From the IMG/VR virus record IMGVR_UViG_3300028830_000309: a stretch of 64,000 bases of DNA, one strand, 5' to 3'. The position numbers and the translations under genes were made by a program. Numbering within the stretch: the first letter of the stretch is position 1; each line of letters begins with the position of its first letter. Shown here in pieces: positions 37,069 through 47,235 of the stretch. The stretch is from a virus. Under the pieces are notes generated by a model. The model saw nothing but the letters and a program-made list of their open reading frames with translations, did no database searches and was not told where the DNA came from.

Positions 37069-40000
37069 ATGGCTGGTATCGACGACACGATCAATTCGGG
37101 CGTGAACATCAACGTCAACGCGAGCGGGGGCCAGAGCGTCCAGCAGCTCGCGGCGCAGCTCGCGAACCTGAACGAGCAGATCGGCGGGGTCACCAAGAAG
37201 CTCAAGGACCAGGGCGCCCCCGCCGGTGATGTCCTGACGAAGACGGCCGCCCTGAAGAACGAGTCGGCGCTGGCTGGGGCCGCCCTCGGGCGCATGCAGG
37301 AGGCGGTTCAGCTTGGAATCAAGAACGAGAAGCTGTTCGCCAGCCAGACGGCGGAGGTCACGCAGCACTTGAAGGCAGCGAAGGCGGCGATCGATGCCGT
37401 CACGACGGCAGAGCGTGAGGAGAATGCTGCCGCGACGCAGGCTGCGGCCAACAAGAAGGCTGCGATCAACGACTGGAACGTTTACGTGGCCACGATGAAG
37501 CAGACGGCGGCCGCGGTGAAGAATCAAATCGACGCCGAGCGAGCGTGGGTCAACTCGCAGAAGAAGGCGGGAGACGGAACGAAGGCCCTCGCGAACGAGC
37601 TCAAGGGTCTCGTGCTGCAGTACATCGGCATCGCAGCCGCCATCAACTTCGTGAAGACCTCGTTCGAGTCGGCCATGCACTTCGACGAGCAGCTCGACAA
37701 GATCGCCGTCAGCTCGTCCCGCATGGGCGTCTCCTTCAAGGACGCCGGGGAGAAGCTACACGCCCTCGCGCTGAACACCTCGAAGACTGCCGGCTACGAC
37801 ATCAACGGTGTGGGCGGGAACCAGAGCATCTTCGACGAGTCGCAGATCCTGACCGGCCTCGAGAAGTTCCGCGACCGCGGCTTCGACGTCTTCCACATGA
37901 CGCAGGAGCAGCTGAAGCCCGTCCTCGACGCGGCGGTGGCGACGGTGCAGGACCTCGGCCAGGTCTCCGATGCGACGGCCATCGCCCTGCAGCAGTTCGG
38001 CATGTCGATCGAGGAGACCGGCACCGTGGCCGACGTCATGGTGAGCGCCTTCAAGGAGTCGGGCCTCACCGCGGAGGAGTTCGCGACGAGCGTCTCCGCC
38101 GCCGGCGCCGCGGCTCGCGCCTCCGGGACGGACCTCGCGGAGTACACGGCCGTCCTCGTCCGGCTGAAGCAGCTGGGCATCGAGAACGGTGCGCAGTTCC
38201 AGAAGCTGTTCTTCGCCGCGATCAACGCGCCTTCGGCGCAGCAGCTGAAGGCGTTCTCGGACGCTGGGGTGAGCCCCTACGTCTCGTCCAGCTCCTACGG
38301 GAAGGCGAGCGACCTGGCCGCCACCTCGGACATCGGCAACGCGGCGAAGATGGCCGAGAACCTGGGCTTCGATCGGATCGCGGACAGCCTCCAGAAGGCC
38401 CGCCTGGGCGCCGCCCAGTTCTTCGAGCAGTTCAACCGACCCGCGGCCGAGATGGCCGCCAACGTGGAGCGGGCGGTGCAGGAACTCGTCGACCTCCAGG
38501 CGGCCTTGGAGAAGGTCGACGGGCAGACGACGGTCTACACCACCCTCGTCACCTCTCTGAAGGGGGAGATCGACGGCCTGAAGGTCTCGCAGGCGGAGTG
38601 GAAGACGAAGCTGGACGAGACGACCAAGTCGCTCACCGACGTCACGAAGCAGATCGATGGGCTCACGAGCATTGCCCTCCCCGGCATGCACGAGATGGAC
38701 GTGGCGATCGAGCAGTCGGACCTCCGCGCCAAGGCGTTCCAGCTCCAGATGCTCCAGAACGCGGAGTCCACCCGCGCCTTCGAGCGCTCGATCCGCGACC
38801 TGAACGACCAGGTCCACGACCAGGAGCGCGCCACAGAGAGGATGCGCCGGAGCTACGAGGACGTGGGCGCCGCGCTGGAGAAGGCGAAGGGCAAGGCGTC
38901 CGGCCTCGAAGCGGCCCTGCAGAAGCTCCGGAACCCCGAGTTGGCCGGCGAGAGCGCTTTCGATGACAAGGCGTTCGGCATCAAGCAGCAGATCGACGCG
39001 CTGAACCTCCGGAAGTCGAAGCTGTCACCGATCGACCTCTTCGGCGCCAACCAGATCGACGCCCAGGTCGCGGCCCTCCAGAAGCAGCTGGAGCAGACCA
39101 ACCTTGAGAGGTCCCTGCAGTTCGACCCGCAGAAGCGTGCCATCGAGCAGGCGGCCCACGCGTCCGACATCCGGACCGGGAAGGCGACGGGCCCCACCAC
39201 GGAGGCGGACGCCATCTCGAGGATCGACCGCCTGACGGACCAGTACCTGAAGCAGGAGAAGCGGGTGAAGAGCCTGACGCGCGAGCACGACCTTGAGGCG
39301 CGGGCGATCCGGGACGCGGGGGACGCAACCCAGGCTCTGAAGGACAGGGTCGACGAGGTGACCGACGCCATGGATCGCGCGAAGCGGGCCACCCAGGATC
39401 AGACCGACGCCCTGAAGGACCTGCAGGACGCCACCACGAAGCTCAAGCTTGAGGAGGCGGTGAAGTACGGCCCCGACCAGCTCCGCATCAAGGAGGCCCA
39501 GTACCGCGCGAAGCAGGCGGTCGGGCTCACCCCTCAGGAGCAGTCCGCGGACTCGATCATCGGCAGCATCCCGGCGCTGGTGCAGCAGTACAAGGACCTC
39601 GCGAAGGAGCGCGACTTCGACCGTGCCCAGGTCATGAAGTACGACGACCAGATCCGGTCCAGCGAGGCCGTGCTGAAGATCTACCAGTCACGCCTCGACG
39701 ACTCGAAGGTGCACCACGAGCAGCTCACCGACGAGATCAAGCGTCAGGAGGAGCAGTTCGCCCGGATGCCGAAGGCGTACAAGAGCGAGATCGACATCCT
39801 GGACGAGCTGTCCGGCCACGTCCTGAACGCCGGTCTCGCCTACGACATGCTCGGGAAGCGCGGCGGCGGCGCCCTGGTCGCCCTCATCGGGCAGAACGGG
39901 GAGAACGCTGGGAAGCTCCAGGAGCTGGCGGACGTCATGGGCTCGCAGGGTGGCGCGGCGTCCTCGGCGAGCGAGGCGAGCAGCAGCCTGTTCGACGAAG

Positions 40001-40515
40001 CCCAGGCGGTGCGCGCGGCCTTCCACAACCTGCAGATCGAAGTGGGAACGGGCCTGGCCGACTCCATGGCGGGCCTGACCGGCGCCATCATCACCCTCAC
40101 CAACGCCATCCTCGGCAGCAAGGACATCCCGAAGAACATCACCGAGCACACGCCGATCGGCGGCCTGGCGTCCGGGGCCGGCAAGGCGTCGGTCGGCGAC
40201 TGGGGAGGCGCGGGGAAGGACTTCGGCCTCGTCCTCCTCGATCCGTTCAACCTCCGTTCCGTCTTCGGCCTCGCCTCCGGAGGCATCGTCCCGGGCCGAG
40301 GCTCCCGCGACACCGTGCCGGCGATGCTCACGCCTGGGGAGGAGGTGCTTCGTCGCGACGACCCGCGCCACCGCGCCAACGGCGGCGGCGTGACCGTCAT
40401 CCTGAACGGTGACGTCCACGTCAACCGCGAGCAGGATATGGACAGGCTCGTCGACAAGATCGACCGCAAGCTCGCGGAGCGCTTCACGAACCGACGCTAC
40501 GGCATGGCCGCCTGA
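37069..40515 (+). CDS. Tape measure protein
   Basis: 1148 aa, Ala/Gln/Lys-rich helical, TP901-like core; C-terminal GLASGGIVPG...DTVPAMLTPGEEVL. Confidence 0.9.
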   Translation: MAGIDDTINSGVNINVNASGGQSVQQLAAQLANLNEQIGGVTKKLKDQGAPAGDVLTKTAALKNESALAGAALGRMQEAVQLGIKNEKLFASQTAEVTQHLKAAKAAIDAVTTAEREENAAATQAAANKKAAINDWNVYVATMKQTAAAVKNQIDAERAWVNSQKKAGDGTKALANELKGLVLQYIGIAAAINFVKTSFESAMHFDEQLDKIAVSSSRMGVSFKDAGEKLHALALNTSKTAGYDINGVGGNQSIFDESQILTGLEKFRDRGFDVFHMTQEQLKPVLDAAVATVQDLGQVSDATAIALQQFGMSIEETGTVADVMVSAFKESGLTAEEFATSVSAAGAAARASGTDLAEYTAVLVRLKQLGIENGAQFQKLFFAAINAPSAQQLKAFSDAGVSPYVSSSSYGKASDLAATSDIGNAAKMAENLGFDRIADSLQKARLGAAQFFEQFNRPAAEMAANVERAVQELVDLQAALEKVDGQTTVYTTLVTSLKGEIDGLKVSQAEWKTKLDETTKSLTDVTKQIDGLTSIALPGMHEMDVAIEQSDLRAKAFQLQMLQNAESTRAFERSIRDLNDQVHDQERATERMRRSYEDVGAALEKAKGKASGLEAALQKLRNPELAGESAFDDKAFGIKQQIDALNLRKSKLSPIDLFGANQIDAQVAALQKQLEQTNLERSLQFDPQKRAIEQAAHASDIRTGKATGPTTEADAISRIDRLTDQYLKQEKRVKSLTREHDLEARAIRDAGDATQALKDRVDEVTDAMDRAKRATQDQTDALKDLQDATTKLKLEEAVKYGPDQLRIKEAQYRAKQAVGLTPQEQSADSIIGSIPALVQQYKDLAKERDFDRAQVMKYDDQIRSSEAVLKIYQSRLDDSKVHHEQLTDEIKRQEEQFARMPKAYKSEIDILDELSGHVLNAGLAYDMLGKRGGGALVALIGQNGENAGKLQELADVMGSQGGAASSASEASSSLFDEAQAVRAAFHNLQIEVGTGLADSMAGLTGAIITLTNAILGSKDIPKNITEHTPIGGLASGAGKASVGDWGGAGKDFGLVLLDPFNLRSVFGLASGGIVPGRGSRDTVPAMLTPGEEVLRRDDPRHRANGGGVTVILNGDVHVNREQDMDRLVDKIDRKLAERFTNRRYGMAA

Positions 40516-40524
40516 CACCCACCT

Positions 40525-43389
40525 ATGGCCCAGAGCTACACCTACAACGGCACCCAGATCAACGACTGGGACGGGACGAAGGGCGTCATCGTCTCGACGT
40601 TCCAGCACGACTCGTCGCCCGAGGTCTCCATCATCCAGGAGGCCGTCGCGCGCGCGAACGGGACGGCGCTGCGTGACGCACGGGCCCGGGCGAAGACCAT
40701 CAGCGTCTCCGGCTCCATCGTCGGGAGCTCGCAGGCCGACTTCGAGCAGCGGGTGGACAGCCTCAAGGCCCTCTTCGCGACTCCCCAGGGCACGCTCACG
40801 CTCTCCGGCGGCTACGGCACGGTCGACTACCGGATCGCGGTCTTCGAGGAGGGGGAGAGCTGGACGCGCTCCTACATCAACGACGCCTCGGTCGCTGACT
40901 CTGCCCTCTGGGACTTCACCCACTACAAGATCGGCCGCCGCGGCCTGATGCTCGAAGCGGCCACGGGCACCCCGAAGGACGCGATCTGGAACAGCCTGAC
41001 GCTCGACCTCTCCGCGTTCGCGAGCACGGACACCCTGAAGCTCTGGGCGTACATCCCCGACACCACGAAGCTGACCTCGATCCGCCTGCAGCTCGCCACG
41101 GACGGGTCGAACCTCTACTCCACGACCTGGAACTCGGGGTTCTCGAACGGCTGGAACGAGCTGACCGTGCTCCGCTCCGCCCTCACGACGACAGGCTCCC
41201 CCTCGTGGGCCTCCATCGGCTTCATCAAGCTCACCGTCACCGGGTCGAACGCGAGCCCGGCCACGGTCACCTTCGACGACCTCCGCATCTCCTCCACCAC
41301 GGAGAGCCGGTCCTGGCAGGCGACGGTCTCCGGGCCGATCGAGGTCCGCCGCGAGCCGTTTCACGTGAATTGGTGCCCGTTCACGCTCGCATTCACGTGT
41401 TCGGACGGGAGCGCCACGTCGAGCCTCGCGGCATCGGTGAAGGTCACGACGACCACGAAGCCGCAGCGGTTCCTCACGCGCTACCTGTCCGGCTCGGGGC
41501 CGCAGCACCTGGCGCTGACCTCGATCGTCGGGTCCTCGATCCCCTCCGAGATCCAGGTCACCGACCACTTCGCCGACGAGTTCGCTGTCTACGAGGACAC
41601 AGGCGCCTCCAGCGAGCACGGCTACTGGATGCCCGTCTCCACCTTCGAGACGACCGAGACCTGGAGCGCCGGATCAGCAGACGCTACGAACAAGCGGGTC
41701 GGTGCGCAGGGCCGGAAGTTGAGTCCGACCGCGAGCACGACCGTCACGGCGAACCGCACGATCACGGCGGCCAACTACTCCAGCCTGCCGAACACCGAGA
41801 AGGCGAAGCTCTGGGTCTACGTGGACAACGGGACGAACTTCGCCTCGGTCGACGTCGAGTACCACACCACCGCGGGCGTCGACTACTACACGAAGAACGT
41901 CACGGGCCTGGTCACCGGCTGGAACCTCCTCTCGATCGCGAAGAAGGACTTCTCCGTTACGGGGTCGCCGAACTGGAACTCCATCGTCCAGCTCACGGTG
42001 AAGGCGACCGCGAACGGCTCGGGCACCTGCAACGTCACCTTCGACGACTGGCGCTGGGAGGACGCGCTGAACTGCACGGGCGGGAACTACACGACGGCCG
42101 ACGCTGCGAACACCACCTGGGAGATCGGGCCCTTCGGCGCCTACCGCTCGGCGCTCGCCTACTTCTCGGACTCGGTGACGCCGGCGGCCGCGATGCTCAC
42201 GAACAAGCCCGTGCAGGACGGGGAGCTGATCGCGCTCGTCCGCGTGCCGAGCACGGGCGCTGTCGGCATCATCGCCCGCTCGTCGTCAGCAACGCCGCTC
42301 TCCGGAGCGCAGACCTACGTGCTCGGGCGGCTGTCGCCATCCAGCGCCACCGAATCCAGCGTCTACCTCGCGGACACGAGCAACCTCAACGTCCAGACCG
42401 CCCAGGGCAACCACGCCATCCCGTCGCAGGATTGGGTCTGGATCCGGCTCGTGTGCCGCGGGTCGCTCGCCCAGCTCTGGACGCGCGACGTCGGGCGGGA
42501 CGCGTGGGTGAAGGCCGCAGAGGTGCCCGTGAGCGTCATCGGCTCCGGCCTCTGGGGTATCTACGGCCTCACGGGCGCGCAGATCGCCCACGTCGAGTTG
42601 ATCGACTACGCCACGCCGCAGGTGAACACCCTGCGGCTCCTCGGCGGGCCGTTCTCGACGGCCTCGGGAGAGGGGATGCTGCTCGTCGACACGAAGACGC
42701 TCACCGCGCGCGAGGGGCCGTGGCGCCCCGGGAACGTGGCTGGTTCCTTCCCGGCGCTCCGCTCTGGATTCAACGAGGGCGCCGTGCTGCACCCCGCCGG
42801 CATCATCGGCACGCCTCGGTTCCGCTACGTGGCGGAGGACATGTACGGCTGGCACATCCTCGGGGCCGGTGGGGACAAGTTCGCCATCAAGGTCTCGTCT
42901 GGGAGTCAGACGTACGTCCGCCGGCGCGGGTCCTTCCTCTACCTCGCGGAGCGGGTCGGCACCCCGCCGGCCTATCCCCTCACCGTCCGAATCGAGACCG
43001 ACACCGCGGGGAACCCCAGCGGGACGCTCGTCGATGCGAACGCCACGCTCACGATCCCGCCGGGCGCCATCGCGGCGCAGTACGCGAACACCACGGATCC
43101 CTGGAACGCCTCGCTCGTCCCGGTCGAGCTGATCTGGCCGGCGGACATCCCCATCGGCGCCTCCACGGACTACTGGGTCGTCCTCGTGCCGCACGCGTCG
43201 GAGGTCGACGGCAGCTCGTGGGCGACACCGTACCTCACCACCGGAGGGCTCCCGCTCCACGTCTACTCGCCCAGCGCGTGGGTCGACCCGTCGCTCGGCG
43301 GCTACGTCATCCTCGCGACGAACTACCCGAATGCCACGGTCTCCACGCCCTGGTACGACGCGCAGGCGTACACGCCCACCTACCGCTGA
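40525..43389 (+). CDS. Distal tail protein (evolved Dit) with inserted carbohydrate-binding-like modules
   Basis: Directly after TMP; Dit-like N-terminus (RARAKTISVSGSI) and two homologous W-rich beta-sandwich repeats. Confidence 0.7.
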   Translation: MAQSYTYNGTQINDWDGTKGVIVSTFQHDSSPEVSIIQEAVARANGTALRDARARAKTISVSGSIVGSSQADFEQRVDSLKALFATPQGTLTLSGGYGTVDYRIAVFEEGESWTRSYINDASVADSALWDFTHYKIGRRGLMLEAATGTPKDAIWNSLTLDLSAFASTDTLKLWAYIPDTTKLTSIRLQLATDGSNLYSTTWNSGFSNGWNELTVLRSALTTTGSPSWASIGFIKLTVTGSNASPATVTFDDLRISSTTESRSWQATVSGPIEVRREPFHVNWCPFTLAFTCSDGSATSSLAASVKVTTTTKPQRFLTRYLSGSGPQHLALTSIVGSSIPSEIQVTDHFADEFAVYEDTGASSEHGYWMPVSTFETTETWSAGSADATNKRVGAQGRKLSPTASTTVTANRTITAANYSSLPNTEKAKLWVYVDNGTNFASVDVEYHTTAGVDYYTKNVTGLVTGWNLLSIAKKDFSVTGSPNWNSIVQLTVKATANGSGTCNVTFDDWRWEDALNCTGGNYTTADAANTTWEIGPFGAYRSALAYFSDSVTPAAAMLTNKPVQDGELIALVRVPSTGAVGIIARSSSATPLSGAQTYVLGRLSPSSATESSVYLADTSNLNVQTAQGNHAIPSQDWVWIRLVCRGSLAQLWTRDVGRDAWVKAAEVPVSVIGSGLWGIYGLTGAQIAHVELIDYATPQVNTLRLLGGPFSTASGEGMLLVDTKTLTAREGPWRPGNVAGSFPALRSGFNEGAVLHPAGIIGTPRFRYVAEDMYGWHILGAGGDKFAIKVSSGSQTYVRRRGSFLYLAERVGTPPAYPLTVRIETDTAGNPSGTLVDANATLTIPPGAIAAQYANTTDPWNASLVPVELIWPADIPIGASTDYWVVLVPHASEVDGSSWATPYLTTGGLPLHVYSPSAWVDPSLGGYVILATNYPNATVSTPWYDAQAYTPTYR

Positions 43390-43395
43390 CCGTGC

Positions 43396-44571
43396 ATGAA
43401 GTCGTACCTCTACCGCGTCTACAACGGCGGGAGCCTCGCGCAGACCTGGGGCGGGGACTCGATGTCCCAGGTGCCCGTCACGTCTGACCCGTCCTTCTCC
43501 GCCGAGGTCGACGGGGGCCTGTCTCCGCTCACCATCTCCCTCGCTCTCCCCTTCGACTACACGGGGACCGACCTCACGCTCGGGAACACCGTCGAGACCT
43601 GGTGCACGCGGGACGACGGCACGACGGCCATGCTCCACGCCGGGTTCCTCGAGACCATCGAGGACGACGTGTCCGACGGCGCCCAGGCCACGACGGTGAC
43701 CGTCACGCCCTACCTGAAGCAGCTGGGGAGCGACTACTTCCGCGACGACGACACAGGCACGACGATTGCCCACACGTGGACCTCGACCGACGTCTCCACG
43801 ATCCTCTCCACCATCATCTCGAAGTCCATCGTCCGGGCCGGGACCTTCTCGCGCGTCCATACGACCGCCTCGTCGATCCAGACCTCGGGGAAGACGATCA
43901 GCATCCAGGTCGGCTCCGAGACGTACCTCGACGCCATTCGACGCGTGAAGGGGATGGGACCCGGCGACTGGTACTGGTACGTCGATGCCGCAGGGGTCTT
44001 CTGGTACCGCAACTTCGACTCGGGCACGAAGCACGTCCTGACCCTTGGGAGGGAGATCAAGAGGCTGAGTCGGACGCAGGACATCCAGGAGCTGAAGAAC
44101 ACCGTCGACTTCTGGAACTCGGCGGACGCCCTCGACTCCGTCCTCGCCCTGGAGCGGCCAGCCGCGCTCTCCGCCTCGCAGACCGCCTACGGGCGCCGGG
44201 TCGAGCAGATCACCGACTCCCGCATCGACGACGCGGATACCGCCAAGAGCCTGGCGGACCGCTTCATCCGCGAGCGCGAGCAGCCGCTGGTCACCATCTC
44301 GGTGGATGTCCTCTCGGACGCGAACGACCCGCGGGGCTACGACATCGAGTCCATCAAGCCCGGTGATACGTGCGAGGTGCGGAACCTCCCATCGCTCGCC
44401 GGTCAGGCCCTCTCCATCACCCGCGTCGACTACCGCCCCGATGGAGTGAGCCTCACGCTCGCGAACGGCCCCGTGCACCGCTCCTGGTCGCTGGGAAAGC
44501 AACTCGAGGAGATGTACATCTACGTGAAGACCTTCCAGGACGGGTCGATCCCGACCGACACCAACGCCTAG
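43396..44571 (+). CDS. Baseplate hub / Tal-like protein
   Basis: 391 aa after Dit; DWYWYVDAAGVFWY, YGRRVEQITD, SIKPGDTCEV. Confidence 0.7.
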   Translation: MKSYLYRVYNGGSLAQTWGGDSMSQVPVTSDPSFSAEVDGGLSPLTISLALPFDYTGTDLTLGNTVETWCTRDDGTTAMLHAGFLETIEDDVSDGAQATTVTVTPYLKQLGSDYFRDDDTGTTIAHTWTSTDVSTILSTIISKSIVRAGTFSRVHTTASSIQTSGKTISIQVGSETYLDAIRRVKGMGPGDWYWYVDAAGVFWYRNFDSGTKHVLTLGREIKRLSRTQDIQELKNTVDFWNSADALDSVLALERPAALSASQTAYGRRVEQITDSRIDDADTAKSLADRFIREREQPLVTISVDVLSDANDPRGYDIESIKPGDTCEVRNLPSLAGQALSITRVDYRPDGVSLTLANGPVHRSWSLGKQLEEMYIYVKTFQDGSIPTDTNA

Positions 44572-44574
44572 CGA

Positions 44575-46479
44575 ATGCCAACCTCGAACGCAGTACGGTG
44601 GAACGGCCTCACGCCGTCGAACGCGGCCACGGCGCTGACCACGGCGAACATGGTTCCTCTCTCGAACGGAGACGGGACCGTGACGTGGACGGACGCCGCC
44701 TCGATCGGGGGTGGGGTGTCCACGGCCGTCATTCTCGCGCCCGCGACGTCCGCGCGGAACGTGGTCACCTCGACCTCGAACACCGCGGTGGAACTGACGC
44801 TGACGGCGAAGTCCGGGCAGACGGCGAACCTGTTCGAGGCGTACACGTCGGCGGCGGTGCAGCTGGTCACGCTGAACCGTATCGCGAGCGGGTACACGCT
44901 CACCGTGAATGCATTCAGCGGCGGCGTCGCGATCCTCGGCCAGCACATCGTCGGGACTGGGACCGGGGTGAACGGCGCCGTGGACGACGGGACGGGTGTG
45001 CTCGGCACCGTCGCGAACGTCGCCGCCTCCTCGTCCAGCGTCGCCGTGAAGGCGACCGCGAACGGTTCCGCCACCGGCTCCTACGCGGAGAGCTCCGGTG
45101 GCATCTCCGGGAAGTTCCGCAGCTCGGACGCCGGGAACACCGCGGCGACCGTCGTCATCCAGCAGAAGGGATCCTCCACGGCGCACCTCGCGAGCTTCCT
45201 CAGCAACGCCGGCGCCGAGATGTCCTACGTCGATTCTGTCGGAACCTACGTCGGCCCGGTGACCGCCCTCAAGAGCGCCACGACGAGCGTGAGCGTCTCG
45301 GCCGCCACCGCCCCGAGCATCGGCCAGGTGCTGACCGCTACGTCATCCACGACGGCCACCTGGCAGAACTCTGCAGCGTTCAGCCCGAACTACGCGAGCG
45401 TCTGGCACAACGGCGGCGTGACGTTCTACGGCACGCTCGGCGGCGCGAAGGCGGTCGCAGTGAGCGGGGATGAGATCGAAGTCCACCCGGGGACGTTCAA
45501 CGAGAACAACCTCCTCGTGAACGGGGTCAACTGGTACTTCCACCCGGGCGCCAAGGTCACCTACACCGGCGGCGGTACCGCGACCTGCGCAATCTTCGAC
45601 GACGGGACGAACGGCGCGAACACGGCCGTCACCTGCGTCATCGGAGGCGAGGGCCAGTTCACGAACACCTCGGGCGACATCCCGTGCGTCCTCCACGTGG
45701 AGAACGGGTCCCAGATCTCCCTCAACGCCGACCTGTGCGCCGGCACGAACCGCACGATCGACATCACGAACTCGGGGAACACCGCCGTCGTGTACGTGAA
45801 GAGCGCGAAGATCACCGAGACCTCCGGCAGCTACTCGGCCATCTACTACTCGGGTGGGAAGGTGCTCGACATCACCGCCGAACTAATCGCGAGCACAACC
45901 AACTACGGCACCGGGATCCTGGTGGCCGCAAACTCGCCCTCGAAGCTCGACGTGCGAGCCAACCGCATCTCGGCGCGCGGCATCTGCGTCTACCAGACGG
46001 GTACCGCCACAACGGGCATCCTCGTTTCAGGCGAGATCATCTCCGAGGATCGGGCCGTGATGCTCTCGGATGGATCCGTCACCATCCGCGCCTCGGCGAT
46101 CCTCTGCACCACCGACGACGAACACGCTCTGTACGTGAACGGGGGTGACCACACGGTAGACGTCCCGCTCATCTCGACGGTGGGGGCGACACACAACGGG
46201 ATGTACATTTCGGGCGGAACGCTCCGCCTCGCGAATGCCCGCGTGAAGAACACCGGTGCGAGCGGCGTGGCGGGTCAGGTTGCCGGCGGCACCTTCATCA
46301 CGATGGGAACGAACGCGTTCATCTCCGACTCCGGCGCCACCGACTCGCTCCTCTGCGCGTCTGCCGTCAACATCACGAACCTCGGCACGCTCTGCGGCAA
46401 CAAGGCGCTCAATCAGAGCGGAGGCGGCGCCGTCCTCGTGAACGCGACGACATTCTTCAGTGATGCGAACGTTGTGTAG
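44575..46479 (+). CDS. Tail fibre / receptor-binding protein with C-terminal beta-helix
   Basis: 634 aa, T/S/A/G-rich; C-terminal half homologous to 31202-32386. Confidence 0.75.
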   Translation: MPTSNAVRWNGLTPSNAATALTTANMVPLSNGDGTVTWTDAASIGGGVSTAVILAPATSARNVVTSTSNTAVELTLTAKSGQTANLFEAYTSAAVQLVTLNRIASGYTLTVNAFSGGVAILGQHIVGTGTGVNGAVDDGTGVLGTVANVAASSSSVAVKATANGSATGSYAESSGGISGKFRSSDAGNTAATVVIQQKGSSTAHLASFLSNAGAEMSYVDSVGTYVGPVTALKSATTSVSVSAATAPSIGQVLTATSSTTATWQNSAAFSPNYASVWHNGGVTFYGTLGGAKAVAVSGDEIEVHPGTFNENNLLVNGVNWYFHPGAKVTYTGGGTATCAIFDDGTNGANTAVTCVIGGEGQFTNTSGDIPCVLHVENGSQISLNADLCAGTNRTIDITNSGNTAVVYVKSAKITETSGSYSAIYYSGGKVLDITAELIASTTNYGTGILVAANSPSKLDVRANRISARGICVYQTGTATTGILVSGEIISEDRAVMLSDGSVTIRASAILCTTDDEHALYVNGGDHTVDVPLISTVGATHNGMYISGGTLRLANARVKNTGASGVAGQVAGGTFITMGTNAFISDSGATDSLLCASAVNITNLGTLCGNKALNQSGGGAVLVNATTFFSDANVV

Positions 46480-46484
46480 AGAGC

Positions 46485-46513
46485 TTGCACCGCCGCCCGC
46501 GCATCGCTACGTT
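46485..46513 (+). promoter_or_regulatory. Sigma70-like promoter upstream of the lysis cassette
   Basis: TTGCAC-N17-TACGTT, intergenic. Confidence 0.5.
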
Positions 46514-46536
46514 CCAGGTACCACCCCTCCACCGCC

Positions 46537-46836
46537 ATGCAGTACACCCAGCTCTCGACCGAGGAGCAGATCACCTACATCAAGAGCCGCATCAAGACGC
46601 TCGAGATGGACCACCTGGCCCACTCGATGCTCCTGGAGACGAACCGCAAGGGGCTCGAAGCCGAGACGGGGGACACGCCCGCCGCCGAGGAGGCGCGCCG
46701 CGGCTACCAGGTGAACATCGAGACCTGCGAGCGCACCCTCCGCGACTGCGAGGTTGGGATCACCCTGCTCAATGCCCGCCTCGCGGAGACCGAGCCGAAG
46801 GAGGCGCCCGCCCCGCCGTCGAAGCGCGGACGTTGA
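46537..46836 (+). CDS. Hypothetical coiled-coil protein
   Basis: 99 aa, typical small gene after tail fibres. Confidence 0.6.
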   Translation: MQYTQLSTEEQITYIKSRIKTLEMDHLAHSMLLETNRKGLEAETGDTPAAEEARRGYQVNIETCERTLRDCEVGITLLNARLAETEPKEAPAPPSKRGR

Positions 46837-46890
46837 CGGGTCCGGCAAGGGCCGTGAACCTGTGGGCGACACCTATCCCCGCTGTTGCCG

Positions 46891-47235
46891 ATGCCATCCC
46901 AGGCTCCCCAGGAGTTTTCCGACCGGCCTGAACCCTCGACGGTGAGACTGAGCGTCCGCACCTTCGTCGACTGGCTGAAGGCCGGCCAGGCGTTCTTCGC
47001 GATCATCGGCGTCCTCTCGTTCCTCATCGTCGCCCTGCTCGCCACGAGGTTCCAGACGATCGACGCGTCGAGCGCGCAGGCCGCGCAGACCTCCGCGGAG
47101 ATCCAGGATCTGCGCGCTCTGATCACGAGCAAGGCCGACGAGACCAACGCAAGCATCGCGACCCTGACCACCATCGTCCGAGCGCTCGGTGAACGCGTCG
47201 CCGCGATCGAGGGGTACCTGAAGCCACGTCCATGA
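46891..47235 (+). CDS. Single-TM plus coiled-coil protein (holin/antiholin-like)
   Basis: FFAIIGVLSFLIVALLA followed by a coiled coil; ATGA-coupled to the endolysin. Confidence 0.55.
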   Translation: MPSQAPQEFSDRPEPSTVRLSVRTFVDWLKAGQAFFAIIGVLSFLIVALLATRFQTIDASSAQAAQTSAEIQDLRALITSKADETNASIATLTTIVRALGERVAAIEGYLKPRP

